Source of the DNA: Octopus vulgaris
Lineage: Eukaryota
Direction: 5' to 3'
Assembly: GCA_951406725.2 (NCBI GenBank)
Contig: OX597820.1
Span: 34,100,001-34,164,000, forward strand
DNA: 64,000 bases
Part shown: in pieces, positions 38,443 to 52,035 of the stretch
Layout of the letters: each line of letters opens with the position of its first letter
Numbering within the stretch: position 1 is the first letter of the stretch
Program-made: the position numbers and the translations under genes
Notes under the pieces: model-generated
Told to the model about the DNA's origin: nothing
The model's input: the letters and a program-made list of their open reading frames with translations, nothing else
Databases searched by the model: none

Positions 38443-39593
38443 GGCAGAATAAGTATCAATCTTAAAAGTAATAAGTGCTGGGGTCGATTTGTTCAATTAA
38501 GCCCTTTGAGGTGGTTTCCTACCATGGCAGCAGTGTAATGACCAAAACAAGTAAAAGATAAAAAATAAAAGACCCACAAAAACACATAAAAAACACACAC
38601 ACAAACATCATCTTAGTTTAACAAGCCGAATACTTAATACATGTTGCCACCGACAAATATACATATAATTTTACATGCGGGTGACACATAAAAAGCACCC
38701 AGCATGCTCTGTTAAATGGTTGGCATTAGGAAGAGCATACAGCCATCGAAACCATACCACAACAGACTGTTGGAGGCTGGACACCTCCCTGCTAGTCAGT
38801 TCCATGTCAAACTGTCCAACCCATGCCAGCACGGAAAGCAGACATTAAACAATGATGATAATGATGATGATGATAAATTTCATCTGTATACAGATTTACA
38901 CCCAGATGGTTATATAAATTCACTGCTGCTTAGTATATCTGTGTTTAAGTTTTGGTTAACTGGAAATTTGGAAGTTCTCCACCTTGTTTATTTTGAGAGA
39001 GTTTATTATCATTAATACTAATGACATTTTTTCAATCACATTATAATTCCAACTGATTAAAAACTGTCTTCAGCTAACTGCATTAAGTAGGTTAGCCTGC
39101 ACTTATCTATATGTTCTTCTTGCAGAAGGTACCACTGAGAAATTTTCTATTCACTCATTCATACATACATACATACAATCATTTTTACACACACGCACGC
39201 ACACACACACACACACACACATGCATGTGCACAAACACACACATACACATACATACAGAGACACAGACATCCATACAATCATTCATACATATACACTCAC
39301 ATACATACATACATACATACAGGCAGACATGCACATAATCACTGAGAAATGTACACATACACAAACACATACACTCAAACACATGCCCATACTCATGTAC
39401 AAACACGTACAGGCATCACAAATATACACAGATTAATACAGATATAATTGTACTTCAATCTAATTATACATGGTCGGATCAAGTGAAAGTTAGTTTGGAT
39501 TTGCATAATAATGTGTATATAAATAGCCTAAAGTTTGTATATGTTTATATATATATATGTATACATACACGTGTAGATATATATATATATATA

Positions 39594-39890
39594 ACGGGAA
39601 GCTTACGAAAATAGACAAAAGACGAAGGCAGGTGGAGTACAAACAAACAATTGTATTAGTATGGCGCTCAGGAATGGAAATAAAACAATCTTTTACGTTT
39701 CGAGCGTACGCTCTTCAACAGAAAGATACACAGAAAAGAAACACGGAGAGAAAAAAATTGCGTGCAGGAGCTAACGAATTAACATGGCGGTCTGTGATTT
39801 CGGCCAGAAGTCAGAGATCAGACGTTAGACGCAAGAGGGATAGTAGGGGAGATAACAAGGTCAAATGACCTCACCCCAACATAAGGGTGC
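39594..39890 (-). mobile_element. Penelope-LTR-like (TA)n-anchored element, best-preserved variant hammerhead
   Basis: Minus strand 39688-39727 reads AUCUUU CUGUUGA A GAGC GUAC GCUC GAAA CGUA AAAGAU. Confidence 0.75.
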
Positions 39891-40100
39891 GTGTGTGTAT
39901 GAGAGTATGTATGTGCGTATGAAAGGTCTGGACGTGTGTATGTATGTATGATGTGATGTGTAGTGTCATATGGTGTAGTGTAGTGTCTTATGGTGTAGTG
40001 TAGTGTGGTGGGAGGTGGGGAAAGCCCATGTGGGGTGTGGGTTCGGCTGGGGGTTGGGGTAGAGTGGGGGTTGTGAGGAGAACATCTACACATGTATGTA

Positions 40101-40147
<47 letters not shown>

Positions 40148-40152
40148 GTATA

Positions 40153-40575
40153 GGGGGAGAATTCACAAAAAAAAAAGACGAAGACAGGTGGTGTAGACAA
40201 CAAACAGATGTATTAGTATAATGCTCGGGAAGTGAAAAATTCTTTAACGTTTCAAGCCTATGCTCTTCCACAGAAAGGAACACAGAAAGAAACAGGGAGA
40301 GAAAATAGAGAATGTTTAGTGGCTAGTGATCTATCATGGTGAATGCCAGACAGAAGGGTCACACAAGAAAGCTAGGAAGAAAGAGAGATAATAAAGTAGT
40401 GGTGATCCCAAAACAAAGGTGTGCGAGGCGTGTGTATAAGAGAGCATGTATGTGCTTGTGGAAAAGGGCTGGTTACCTTGACTTGTGCATGTGTGCATGT
40501 GTAGGTGTGTGGATGATGGTGTGGGGCTGGGAAGTGGTCAGTGCTAGTGTGTGCATGGTGGTACGATGTTTCTGT
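40153..40575 (-). mobile_element. Penelope-LTR-like (TA)n-anchored element, tandem with the previous copy
   Basis: Minus strand 40241-40278 reads CCTTTCTGTGGAAGAGCATAGGCTTGAAACGTTAAAGA. Aligns with 15190-15389. Confidence 0.7.
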
Positions 40576-40646
40576 ACATGAATGTGTATATTCAATAAGC
40601 CATATTGAATATAGCTCATCAGCAAATGTTATGCTTAAAATTTGCT

Positions 40647-41030
40647 ACTCTTTTACTCTTTACTCTTTTACTTGTTTCAGTCATTTGACTGTGGCCATGC
40701 TGGAGCACTGCCTTTAGTCAAGCAAATCGACCCCAGGACTTATTCTTTGTAAGCCTAGTACTTATTCTATTGGTCTCTTTTGCTGAACTGTAAACACACC
40801 ACCATCGGTTGTCAAACGATGTTGGGGGGACAAACACAGACACACAGACACACACACACATATATACGACGGGCTTCTTTCAGTGTCCATCTACCAAATC
40901 CACTCTCAAGGCTTTGGTCAGCCCGAGGCTATAGTAGAAGACACTTGCCCAAGGTGCTACGCAGTGGGACTGAACCCAGAACCATGTGGTTGGTAAGCAA
41001 GCTACTTACCACACAGCCACTCCTACACCT
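40647..41030 (-). mobile_element. SINE family A, full length
   Basis: Reverse complement of the family consensus. Confidence 0.9.
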
Positions 41031-41033
41031 ATG

Positions 41034-41075
<42 letters not shown>

Positions 41076-41474
41076 ACAAGTAAATCTTTTGCTATAGATG
41101 TCAAAACAATAAAATATATCATCATCATCATTTTCACACCTATAGCAAGGGAGAGAAAGAGTGTGAGAGACAGAGAAAGATAAATGCATACACACACAAA
41201 CATAATCCAATACGTACATATTTACAACACTCAAGCATTCACATACGCATGTACATACATAAACATGCACTCCACAATCTCTCTCGCCATCTTTCTCTCT
41301 CTTGCACATAGACTAGACAGGAACACACAATTATGCATGTGCACTCACACATACACATACATACACACACATACACTCACACACTTATAGCTGTGTATTT
41401 GCATGTGTATATATATGCGTGTGCATGAGTGATAATATATATATATATATACATATATACATTAATATACACAT

Positions 41475-41778
41475 AGGCGTAGGAGTGGCTGTGTGGTAAG
41501 TAGCTTGCTTACGAACCACATGGTTCCGTGTTCAGTCGTGTGTGTGTGCGTGTGTGTGTGTGTGTATGTTGTGTGCCTGTGTTTGTCCCCCCAACATCGC
41601 TTGACAACCGATGCTAGTGTTTACATCCCCGTAACTTAGCAGTTCGACAAAAGAGACTGATAGAATAAGTACTTGGCTTCCAAAGAATAAGTCCTGGGGT
41701 TGATTTGCTCTACTAAAAGGCGGTGCTCCAGCATGGCCACAGTCAAAATGACTGAAACAAGTAAAAGAGTAAAAGAGT
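41475..41778 (+). mobile_element. SINE family A with an internal deletion
   Basis: Head runs to GTTCAGTC, then jumps to (TG)n and a complete tail. Confidence 0.88.
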
Positions 41779-41914
41779 ATACATATATTCACACACATAC
41801 ATATATATTTATCCATATATATTTATACACATACATAGATATATATATATAAATATATACATAAATACGGATATGCATTCATAAATAGATACATATATGT
41901 ATGTATATACATAC

Positions 41915-41958
<44 letters not shown>

Positions 41959-43755
41959 CAGGACATACTCATGCATGCTCAAATCTTCATGTGAGTGTGT
42001 GTGTAAGTAAGGATACCAAGGTACAGCAACAAGTGTTTACATATGGTGCATATGTGTGCATCTATGCATGTGTGTGTATGTTTGTTTGCATGCAGTTACG
42101 TGCAATGCATTCATATAAAACCTGAATGCCACATGTGGCTACATATATGTGTACGTATGCATGTATGCATATATTTGTATGTATTTAGGCATGCGTCCGC
42201 ATATGATTCCATACACGAGTGCATGTTCATATACACGTGTTTATGTAATGTATGAATGAGTTTACGTAATGTACATTCGGTTTGCGTGAGCGTGGGTGTT
42301 TCCCCGATATATTCCGGTGTAGAAATTTGAAATTATCATCTAAAAGCAGGCTCGTGGGCGTGTGTTTCTATGCCTCTCACCACCACCACCACCACCACCA
42401 CCACCACCACCACCGCCGCCGCCATTACCACCCTCAGGACCTCCACCGCCCTTATCACAAACGCCTTCAGCAGCCTATTACATATTAGAATCTCCTCCTC
42501 CTCCCCCTCCAGTGCCACCACTACTACCACCACCACTCGATATCTTCCCTACTACTATAGCTGCACCACCATACCATACCATACCATATCATACCATACG
42601 CTGTGACTATTGCCATTACCGACATCAATAACGCCACCATCATCATCATTGCACTGCAATGACAACACCCCCCACCATCATCACTACCACCCTCCACTTC
42701 CACCCCCACCATCACCTTCACCATTGCCGGCATCATGTGACATCCTCCGTACCACGGTAACTGCTGCACCACAACATGTGCTATTCCTATAGCTATCATC
42801 ATCATCAACGACACCACCATCCTCACACTGCAGTGACCACACCATCATCACCATCACCGCTATAACCACACTGTCACCACCACAACCACTGCTGCCATCA
42901 CTGCCACCACCACCACTGCCATCACCATACTGCAACATCCACCACCAATGCCACTCTCACAGCATTCATTGTGATTAGCCACCAGCACTATCAATGCCAC
43001 CACTAACAAGGAAGTCTCTATGAGGTGTCTGCATATACTAGAAAGAGTAGCTAAATCTCCTGAAAACTAGACTTTATAGTGTTAAAGAAGAAAGGAAACA
43101 GGGAAGTAAGTCGTTTTATAAAAAGAAAAAAAAACTGGATGGTCGCTATTGGGACACTTTTAAAGGTCTGTCCAGGCAGGACTGATCTTGGCCTAAACTA
43201 CAACAACAACTAAGCAGCTTTCCACCCAACCACCACCACCACCGCCGCCGCCACCACTACTGCTGCCCCCCTCCAACAACATTGTCACCACTACTATCGC
43301 TATGATGGTAACTACTTGAAAGAATTTGTTCATAGATCCAGCAGGACTCACCATGGGCTAAACAACAACAACCATCCAACCAACCAACCAACCGACAAAA
43401 TCTACTTCTACCATCACTGCTTACACTACCACCAACACTACCACAATAACTACCACTGCTATAGCCAACAACACCCCAGCTTACACTATCAACACCACCA
43501 CCATCACCATCACTACTTACACCATCATTATAGCAATCATCAACACCACCACCACCACCACTACTTCATCGAACATTGTGTCGTGTCCAATTTAAACTAC
43601 ATAACTAACAGCAAAGGACTATAAGGAATGATTAGTAACATTAATAAGTAGTATAATTTTCAGTAACAACAATGGTCACACAGCACTGTATGCCACAATA
43701 ACAACCACAAGTAATCCACCCAGACCACAGCAACACCAAGTAATTACCCTTAAAT

Positions 43756-44047
43756 TACCGTGATCGACCAGGCTATCAGATGTTGCTACACATCGCTGGT
43801 CACAATGCGCTTCTCATTGTTTTAGCCTTCAAATGAAGCTAAGTGAGCAGGCCAACAGAAGAAAGAGTGAGATAAAGTTGTGGCGAAAGAGTACAGCAGT
43901 GATCGCCCCCCCCACACCCACCAGAGCCTCGTGGAACTTTAGGTGTTTTTGCTCAATAAACACTCACAACGCCCGGTCTGGGAATCAAAACCGTGATCCT
44001 ACGACTGCAAGTGCGCTGCCCTAACCACTGGGCCATTGCACCTCCAC
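43756..44047 (-). mobile_element. SINE family D, full length
   Basis: 14-bp TSD AATTACCCTTAAAT (43742-43755 and 44048-44061). Homologous to 22942-23246. Confidence 0.92.
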
Positions 44048-44775
44048 AATTACCCTTAAATATTTCTAGAAAATCAACCACTAAAATCCACATAAAAGAG
44101 ACAAGAACATAAAACAGAAAACATACACACATGTAGAACACCTCATCCCACCCACCCCTGCATACACACACACAGATTTTGACCACTTCCTTCTAATAGG
44201 AACCCAAAATGTAATTGGGAAATCTAAAAATTCAGAAACCCAGAACTAAACAGAATTAAAAATAAAAATTTGTTTAGTTCTGGTTTCAATATAATATAGT
44301 TACATCTATATTACAAGAAGAGTTATACCAATAGATATGCTTGCTCTCATAGGAATAAATTTCATCATTCTTTATTCGAGTGAGGTCGTTGCCAGTGCTG
44401 CTGGACTGGCTTCTGTGCAAGTGGCACATAAAAAGCACCATTTGAGCATGACCATTGCCAGTACCACCTGACTGGCCCTCATGCCGGTGGCATGTAAAAG
44501 CACCAACTACAGTCTTGGAGTGGTTGACGTTAGGAAGGGCATCCATCTGTAGAAACTCTGCCAGATCAGATTGGAGCCTGGCGCAGCCATCTAGTTCGCC
44601 AGACCTCAGTCAAATCGTCCAACCCATGCTAGCATGGAAAGCAGACGTTAAATGATGATGATGATTCTGTTGGAAGGTGGTATGCAGTTAATCTTACTAT
44701 CTGTGAACTCATACGTTGTCACTGCAAAGAATTTTCCTTAAAAATTTGCTCATTTCTGGAACCAAACAAAATTAA

Positions 44776-44990
44776 CCCTTTAGCATTCAGATTACTCTCA
44801 GTTGTAATTCTTATTTATTTACATTGTTTTGAATTCATCATGCATTATCTTGTAGCTTTGAGAGTTTGATGATGTGATTATTTTCAGAATAACATTAGTA
44901 GAGTAGGTGTGAAAGGCTGGATTTGGCTGGTCTGAACATAAAACAGGTAGTATATTTGGGATGAATATGGCTGGTTTAAATGCTAAAGGG
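44776..44990. mobile_element. piggyBac-like MITE
   Basis: TTAA on both flanks and 12-bp perfect TIRs CCCTTTAGCATT / AATGCTAAAGGG. Confidence 0.85.
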
Positions 44991-46807
44991 TTAAAGTCAT
45001 AGACTTTAAACACTTTGATTGGTTACTTCTGTATTACAAAGAGGATTATACCAACAGATATTTCATGGTCTTATAGAAATAATTTTTGTCATTGGAAGGT
45101 AGTACACAACAAATCTTATCATCTGTGAACTCTCATCTTACTAGGACCTCATTATAATGCAGTGAATAATCCTTGAAGATTTACACGTTTGGAGAAATGC
45201 TTCATAGCCTTAGTAAAATATTCTGAATAAAGTTCTTAGCTATATTACATACATACATGACATGCTTCCTGCAATTACTGTCTATCACAATTCCCTTATA
45301 AGGTAGGGATATGATAAATCATTTATGAAATTAAGCATTCCGTCTAAAATATCAGTCATAGTTTAAGCATCTAATGTAATGAATGAGCCAAAAAGAGAAA
45401 AGATTTTTCTGAGTATTCATGAATTGGAGATTACAATCAGCTTGTGAGTGATTCATTCCATCATCACAGTAGAAACCACCTTGTACTATTGGAGATTTCT
45501 GTTTGGAGTTTACTTATTAGGGGAAGACTAGTCAGATTGGTTATTTCAACTGAATCCTTCACACCAAGATTCATACCAAAGAGTGGTTCTAGATGAATTC
45601 TTACAACACACACACACACACACACACGACAAAAGGCATTCTGGCCATGAGCATCCTGTCTTTTATCCAAAGTGTGTGTTCTCTTTTTATACAATACTGA
45701 AGTATGGTCTGTCCAATATTTCTAACAGACCAAGCAACAATGAATGGACTCTCTTGGAGGTTTAACATGGCAATATGTAGTAGTAGTAGTAGTAATGGTG
45801 GTAGTGGGGGTGTTGGGGATTGTAGTAGTAGTAGTAGTAGTAGTAGTAATGGTGGTAGTGGTGGTGTTGGGGATTGTAGTAGTAGTAGTAGCAGCATTAA
45901 CAATTTTTGGAAATATGCATCTCCACATAGCATTTAAAAAAATATTCTTTATTGTTAGCTGATGGTGAAAGGAGCATGTGACAATGGCACATGGTAGCTA
46001 GAGTGTAGGTAAGTGATAGTAGGTGATGGTAGGGGATAGGAGCTAGAGGATAGCCAAGTGAAAGTGATATGGACATATGATAGCAGAGGAGTGCAGCTAT
46101 TAGTTGTGCTACATCAAACACTATGCACCTGATTATGGCTACAGCAATGGCAGTTGTTATCATTGTTTTTCAGTCCCCAAGTCTGTCTTGACCCAATATA
46201 TTATAAAACAACTTGAACACAGAAAAACAATTTATACACACTATTAAACACGCACTGTCTTAAACAGTCTCAAAGTACCAGTAAACTATATTTTTAGCTC
46301 AATAGAAAAGGAATCATTCAAGCATGACCCCTTCACACTTGTTAAATGTGTCCCATTTTCCAACCTGAAGTGACATTTACCTATAATACCTTTCCTACTA
46401 ACACTCTTTGTATGTTTGTATGTTGATGCCATATTGAAGGTAGCCCTAGATATAGGCGAGTAACCTTGAGTTTACTCCATTGATGATAAACTACTCCTCT
46501 AAGTGGTTGACTGAACATTTAGAACATGCAGCCAAATCTGTCTCAAATAAGGAAATATCACAGTAGACAACATAGTGCAGCATATTCATAAAAACGATGA
46601 GACCCTAGTGGATATTATGCAGACTAATGACTATAGGTTTACTAATTATGGTTGACTTGCAACAAAACAATGACTTGCATTGATGATTTAATACTACAAT
46701 GAATTTTTCAGAACCTAGGCATTGTGAATTAAAATCCTACAAAACTATCTAACAGTGCACGGTGATGGCTCTGCGTGGGGGAAAAAAAGATGGGAGCAAG
46801 CATGTCC

Positions 46808-47110
46808 GTGTACTTAGGAAGGAGCACAGATGTGGATGTGTGCTTAAGAAGGGCTCCGGGTATGACTGCATGGTTTAAGCTGGGGTGCAAGAATGTCTAC
46901 GTAGTTAAGAAGGGGTACAGGTTTGGTTGTGTGCTTAAGAAGAAATGCAGATATGCCTGTGTAGCTAGTAAGGGACAGGGATGCAGTTGTGTGCTTAACA
47001 AGGTCTCTAGGCATTACTGTGTAGTTAAAAGAAGATGTAGTAATGTTTGTGTAATTAAGAAGGAGTACAGGTGTGGAAGCGTACTTCAAAAGGGCTCCAG
47101 GTGTGACTGT
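46808..47110. repeat. Highly diverged 30-bp tandem repeat, ~10 units
   Basis: Unit approximately GTGCTTAAGAAGGGGTACAGGTGTGGTTGT. Confidence 0.8.
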
Positions 47111-47869
47111 TTCCAAGCAAGGTAATATCTCTCTGTGACTGGGCATATTTTAATGTAAGATTGCAAATGAACAACACTGCTTTTATGATGGTGACACTAA
47201 TTTACAACTACCATGCAATGTGAAGACAAAGAGGCTCAAGTACACATACACATTTACATATACTAAATACATACATTATATATATATATATATATATCAT
47301 AAACACCCATTTACAACTATCATGTGACATCAAGGTAAGGATACAGTAAAACACACACACACATATATCTATATATATATATATGTGTGCATAAATATAT
47401 GACATGCTTCTTTCAGTTTCCATCCACCAAATCCATTCACAAGGCTTTGGTTGGCTCAGGTCTATAGTAGAAGACACTTTCCCAAGGTTCCACACAGTAG
47501 GACTGAACCCTGGACCATGAGGTTGAGAAGCAAAACTTCTTACCATGCAGCAACACTTCTTCACTCACTTTCCATGTACCATATCCACTCACAAGGCTTT
47601 CCACATACCAAATCCACCTGGACCAAAACTTTACTAAAAGACATTTACCTAAGGTTCAACACAGTGATACTGAAACCAAAAATCAATGCACAGCAATGGC
47701 ATCCTAGGCAAGTGACTTCGACAATAGCTCCTGCTTTGAGAATTGATTTGGCAGAGAAAAAAGTAGGATGGGCATGGGTAGATTGCTTTTGTTCATAATT
47801 TCATTTGATTAGGACTGATTTGGAAATAAACAACAACAACTTGAGAATATTGCAATACATTTCACAAAT

Positions 47870-48170
47870 GCCTCATGACATCATATTTCAAAGGTTAAGC
47901 TTTTGCAGTCCAAGTGCAAGAGACAGTTATTAAATACTTCTTAAACGAAAGAGACTTTGAAGTACTGAAATCTCAAAGACATGACAGAAAATGTTGGATT
48001 ATGCCAATTGTATGTGGAGGACATTAGGACAATCAATACACATGTAATTAACAGCTTCTTGGAAAGTGGCATCATGGTTCTACCATTTGATGGAATATGG
48101 CATTGATGTTAAAACACTATACAATGCCACCCACAGGGAAGACTGTCTTGGGAGAAATATAAACATAAAG
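47870..48170 (+). mobile_element. R4/Dong-like LINE fragment (zinc-knuckle region), decayed
   Basis: MTSYFKG*AFAVQVQETVIKYFLNERD...DRKC..CQLYVEDI..THVINS..VASWFYHLMEYGIDVKTLYNA resembles FAIQEQEI.TKY...CRLC...EDI.HIIS.C......Y...RHD.V.K.LYN. Confidence 0.65.
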
Positions 48171-48258
48171 AAAAACACAATACCCAATGTTATCTATAAG
48201 AAAGAATGCCGTGAGACAAACAAGAAAGCAAATATTTTTAATGTTGAATATAATCATA

Positions 48259-49548
48259 CAAGGTCTGATCAAAAAGTACTGAGATTGTTGCTATGGTAAT
48301 AGAGCTAAAGGATGCAGAGTGAAGCCACTTGGCACAAATTGACCTTGAACCCTGTTGCACATATACACTAAGTTATAACGTTCTTGCTCACTTCTGTTGT
48401 TTCTAGTAAAGCTTGGCGGCCAAGTGTGTAGCGTGTGGCTGTCTCACCACATACAGAGGTTCCATTAGTGACCATGGCAGAGAAAATTGAGCAAAGAATC
48501 AGCATCAAATTTTGCCAAAATTCTGGTGATACCTGCACAGAGACCTATGCAAAGTTGCATAAATTGTATGAAGTGGAATGTATGAGCTGAACACAAGTGT
48601 GTAAGTGGTTCAAACATTTCCAATGATGACCAACAAAATGTCAACAGTGATGCACATTCTGGGAGACTTGTAACTAACAGAACTGATGAAACCATCACAA
48701 ATGTGCATGCAACTGATCAGAAAGATTATCGAGCTGGCAGAAATGTTAGCACGCCAGGCAAAATGCTTAGCGGTATTTCGTTTGCTGTTACGTTCTGAGT
48801 TCAAATTCCACCCAGGTCGACTCTGCCTTTCATTCTTTCGGGGTTGATAAATTAAGTACCAGTTACGCACTGGGGTTGATGTAATCGACTTAATCCGTTT
48901 GTCTGTCCTTGTTTGTCCCCTCTATGTTTAGCCCCTTGTGGGCAATAAAGAAATAAGAAAGATTATCACATCACCATGCATGATTTAAGTTACAGTTCAG
49001 TTTAGTCCATTCTCATTGAAGATTGGGGAATAGGATGCTTGCCTGCCTAAACTGATTTCAGGTGACCAGAAAGAAGACCATGTTTCTGCTGCGTAGGATC
49101 TTCTTGTGTTGAGGAAGATGAAAACTTTTTGAAAACGGTCATAACAGGTAACAAATTGTGGTCTATAACTATGACCCTGAAACCAAAGCTCAGTTTTTAG
49201 CAGTTGAAGATCCTAACCTCTCCAAGACTGAAGAAAGCCCAAATGAGCCAAAGCAATGTGAAAACACTGTTGACAGTTTTCTTCAGTTACATGGGCATTG
49301 TTCATCGTGAGTACACTCCACCTGGTCAGACAGTAAACAAGGAGTACCATTGGGACATGTTGCAGTATTTGTGGGGTGCTGTTCATTGGAAAAGGACAGA
49401 AGTGCACAAATGGCACCTACCCATTCAACACAGCTTGTGCAGCAGCAGTTTTTGACTAAGCACAACATTCCCCAGGTCTGACAACCACCATATTCCCTAG
49501 CCCTCATCCCTTCCAACTTTTTCCTCTTTCCAAAAATCAAATCCCACT
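48259..49548 (+). mobile_element. Decayed mariner transposase, interrupted by a SINE
   Basis: TA|CAAGGTCTGATCAAAAAGTACT terminus. Relics MAEKIEQRISIKFC, ITGNKLW..YDPETK, PRLKKAQMSQSNVKTLLTVFF...PPGQTVNKEY and QPPYSLALIPSNFFLFPKIK. Confidence 0.9.
48731..48955 (+). mobile_element. SINE family B (short-tail type) inserted in a mariner
   Basis: 12-bp TSD AGAAAGATTATC (48719-48730 and 48956-48967). Ends GCCCCTTGTGGGCAATAAAGAAATA. Confidence 0.92.
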
Positions 49549-49664
49549 ATATAAAATGTTGAATGTTTTGGTGCATGACTTTTGGCCAACTCTGTACACA
49601 CCACACACACAGGGGGTACCCATATACAAATGGTTCTCTATATGAACAAATCAAATAAATTGAT

Positions 49665-50269
49665 TTCAAATTTTGGCACAAGGTCAGCAATTTCAGGGTA
49701 GGGGTGGCTAAGTCAATTACATCGACCCAGTACTCAACTGGTACTTATTTTATCAACCCCAAAAGGATGAAAGACAAAATCAACCTTGGCAGAATCTGAA
49801 CTTAGAATGTGAAGACAGATGAAATGCCACTAACCATTTTGTCTGGCATACTAATGATTCCACCAGCTTGCTGCCTTAACAAATTGAATAGATTGTTTTT
49901 TGCTCTGGGCACAAGGCCTGAAATTTTGGGGGAGGGGGCCAGTCGATTAGCGATACCAAAAGGATGAAAGGCGAAGTCAACCTCAGCAGAATGTGAGATA
50001 GATGAAATACTGCTAAGCATTCTTGGCGTGCTAACATTTCTTATTTCTTTATTGCCCACAAGGGGCTAAACATAGAGGGGACAAACAAGGACAAAGGGAT
50101 TGAGTTGATTACATCCACCCCAGTGCGTAACTGGTACTTAATTTATCAACCCCGGAAGGATGAAAGGCTAAGTCGACCTCTGCAGAATTTGAACTCAGAA
50201 CATAGTGGCAGACGAAATACCGCTAGGCATTTCGTCTGGCATGCTAACATTTCTGCCAGCTTGCTGCCT
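49665..50269 (-). mobile_element. Cluster of SINE family B copies, one nested
   Basis: Three core repeats, with a nested junction at about 50041. Confidence 0.85.
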
Positions 50270-51002
50270 TACAAATTGAATAAATTGACCAATGAATGAA
50301 TGAATGAAAGTGAATGGATTTTTTCCAAAGAAAATTAAACTCACACAATGAGCTGAAATATAATCAACGGACAGTGAGGAGACTCTCACGTGCATATAAG
50401 CTCATTGACTTAGTGCACTGAAATTTGAACCACAAACCACAAGCAGATTACACACACATATAAGTGGCTGGAAGGATGTGTACAAATGGTTCATGAACAT
50501 TCATGTATGTATTTCATGTAACTTGCAAAATTTCATATTTTATATAGAAAATGACATTTCTCTTTTTTCTTTTCTTTGCTAAAAACATAACCATGATTAG
50601 ACAGAAACAAGATAAGGAGAGAAAAAAAGGACACAGACACAGACACACACACACATATATATATATATTTATGTATTTGCTAATGATTAGCAGACAGATA
50701 AAACATCATTTAATGCCTTGATGTGGAACTTGAGTACTGAAAACGGATTACCCCAATTCATATATATTTCAATTACTTGTTGTGAACAATTTAGTTAAAG
50801 AACAGGGCTCCAAAACATTAAGTTTGTATATGGAAACCCCACAGTTTATGTGTGTATATATGTGTGTGTGTGTGTGCGTACAGGTGTGGGTGTGCTTCCC
50901 AACCACATGTTTCTGGGTTCAATCCTAATGCATGGCACCTTGGACAAGTCTCTTCAACCAAACCCTTGTGAGTGGATTTGGCAGATGAAAACTGAAAGAA
51001 GC

Positions 51003-51034
<32 letters not shown>

Positions 51035-52035
51035 CACTAGCAGACATATCTGGCATTGCTCAGGATATAGATATCATAGTTTGTATATAAGGTACAGTTA
51101 AGTTGAAACATGTGATACAGAGATGTGCAACATTGATGACAAAACATTTGTGGAGTAAATGAAGGGCTAATTTGACTAAGTGACATGTCATGCATCTGTT
51201 TGGAAGATTCCAGGCCCTAACCATATCATGGAAAAGTGTGTGTGTATGTGTGGGGGGAGAATTTTTGAATGTGCCAAAAAGCCCTCAGTGGATATATTCT
51301 CCTTTGTGGTTGTCAGCACTGCCACTACCACGCTGAACAATCAACAGACATAGGAACTACATCTAAGTGATAAATTAAGGCTGTGGGCTCAGCAACACCA
51401 GAGGAAAGAAATCTACATGAAAGAAATGACATGGTAAGGAGGCAGATTGGCAAAGAAGCGCTTGGAAACAACACAATATTTTGGTTTGGAATCAATAGTT
51501 GTGGCTCAACTGTGCACTTCTTTGCGTAAACAATCTGTGACCATTGTAAGGACGACTCAGCTCCCTTACAAAAACAATTCTGCACACAGCATCTGGGCAC
51601 ACAAGGTTACATTAAGGACATGGTCTCTAACTAAGGTGGTTGGGTCTTAGACATCATAAATTAGTAGGTTAATGTACATGCGATATTTCAGTTTGTAATC
51701 AATAGCTGGAAAATATTTGTATGGGCTTCATCTATGCTTAAGAGGAAGACTTTGATACTGAAGCTAAAAGAAAATAGTTGAAGAGTTGCTCAGGATTTAA
51801 CATAGTTTAGCATATTTTTCAGAATAAATATAGTGTGTTCCAAACAGTTTTTATTGTAACAAATTGCTACCTATGGTATAATGGGAACAGGCTATTATTG
51901 CTACCACTTAGACAACACAGTTTGAAGTCTACATCAGTTTATCCATTTAATACAACCTACTTATATCATTTTAGTAGCTGCTTTTTTCAGTCTGAACAGA
52001 AGCAATGTGTGGACCATGTGGGCAGTTGTACATAT

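Noticed and set aside
42362-42631. Formin/extensin-like poly-proline ORF
   Set aside because: (CAC)n low-complexity tract with no flanking domain or convincing splice sites.
51325-51600. THAP-like start MPRCCVQNC
   Set aside because: GTG start, and the downstream THAP residues (FP, W, CxxHF) are absent.
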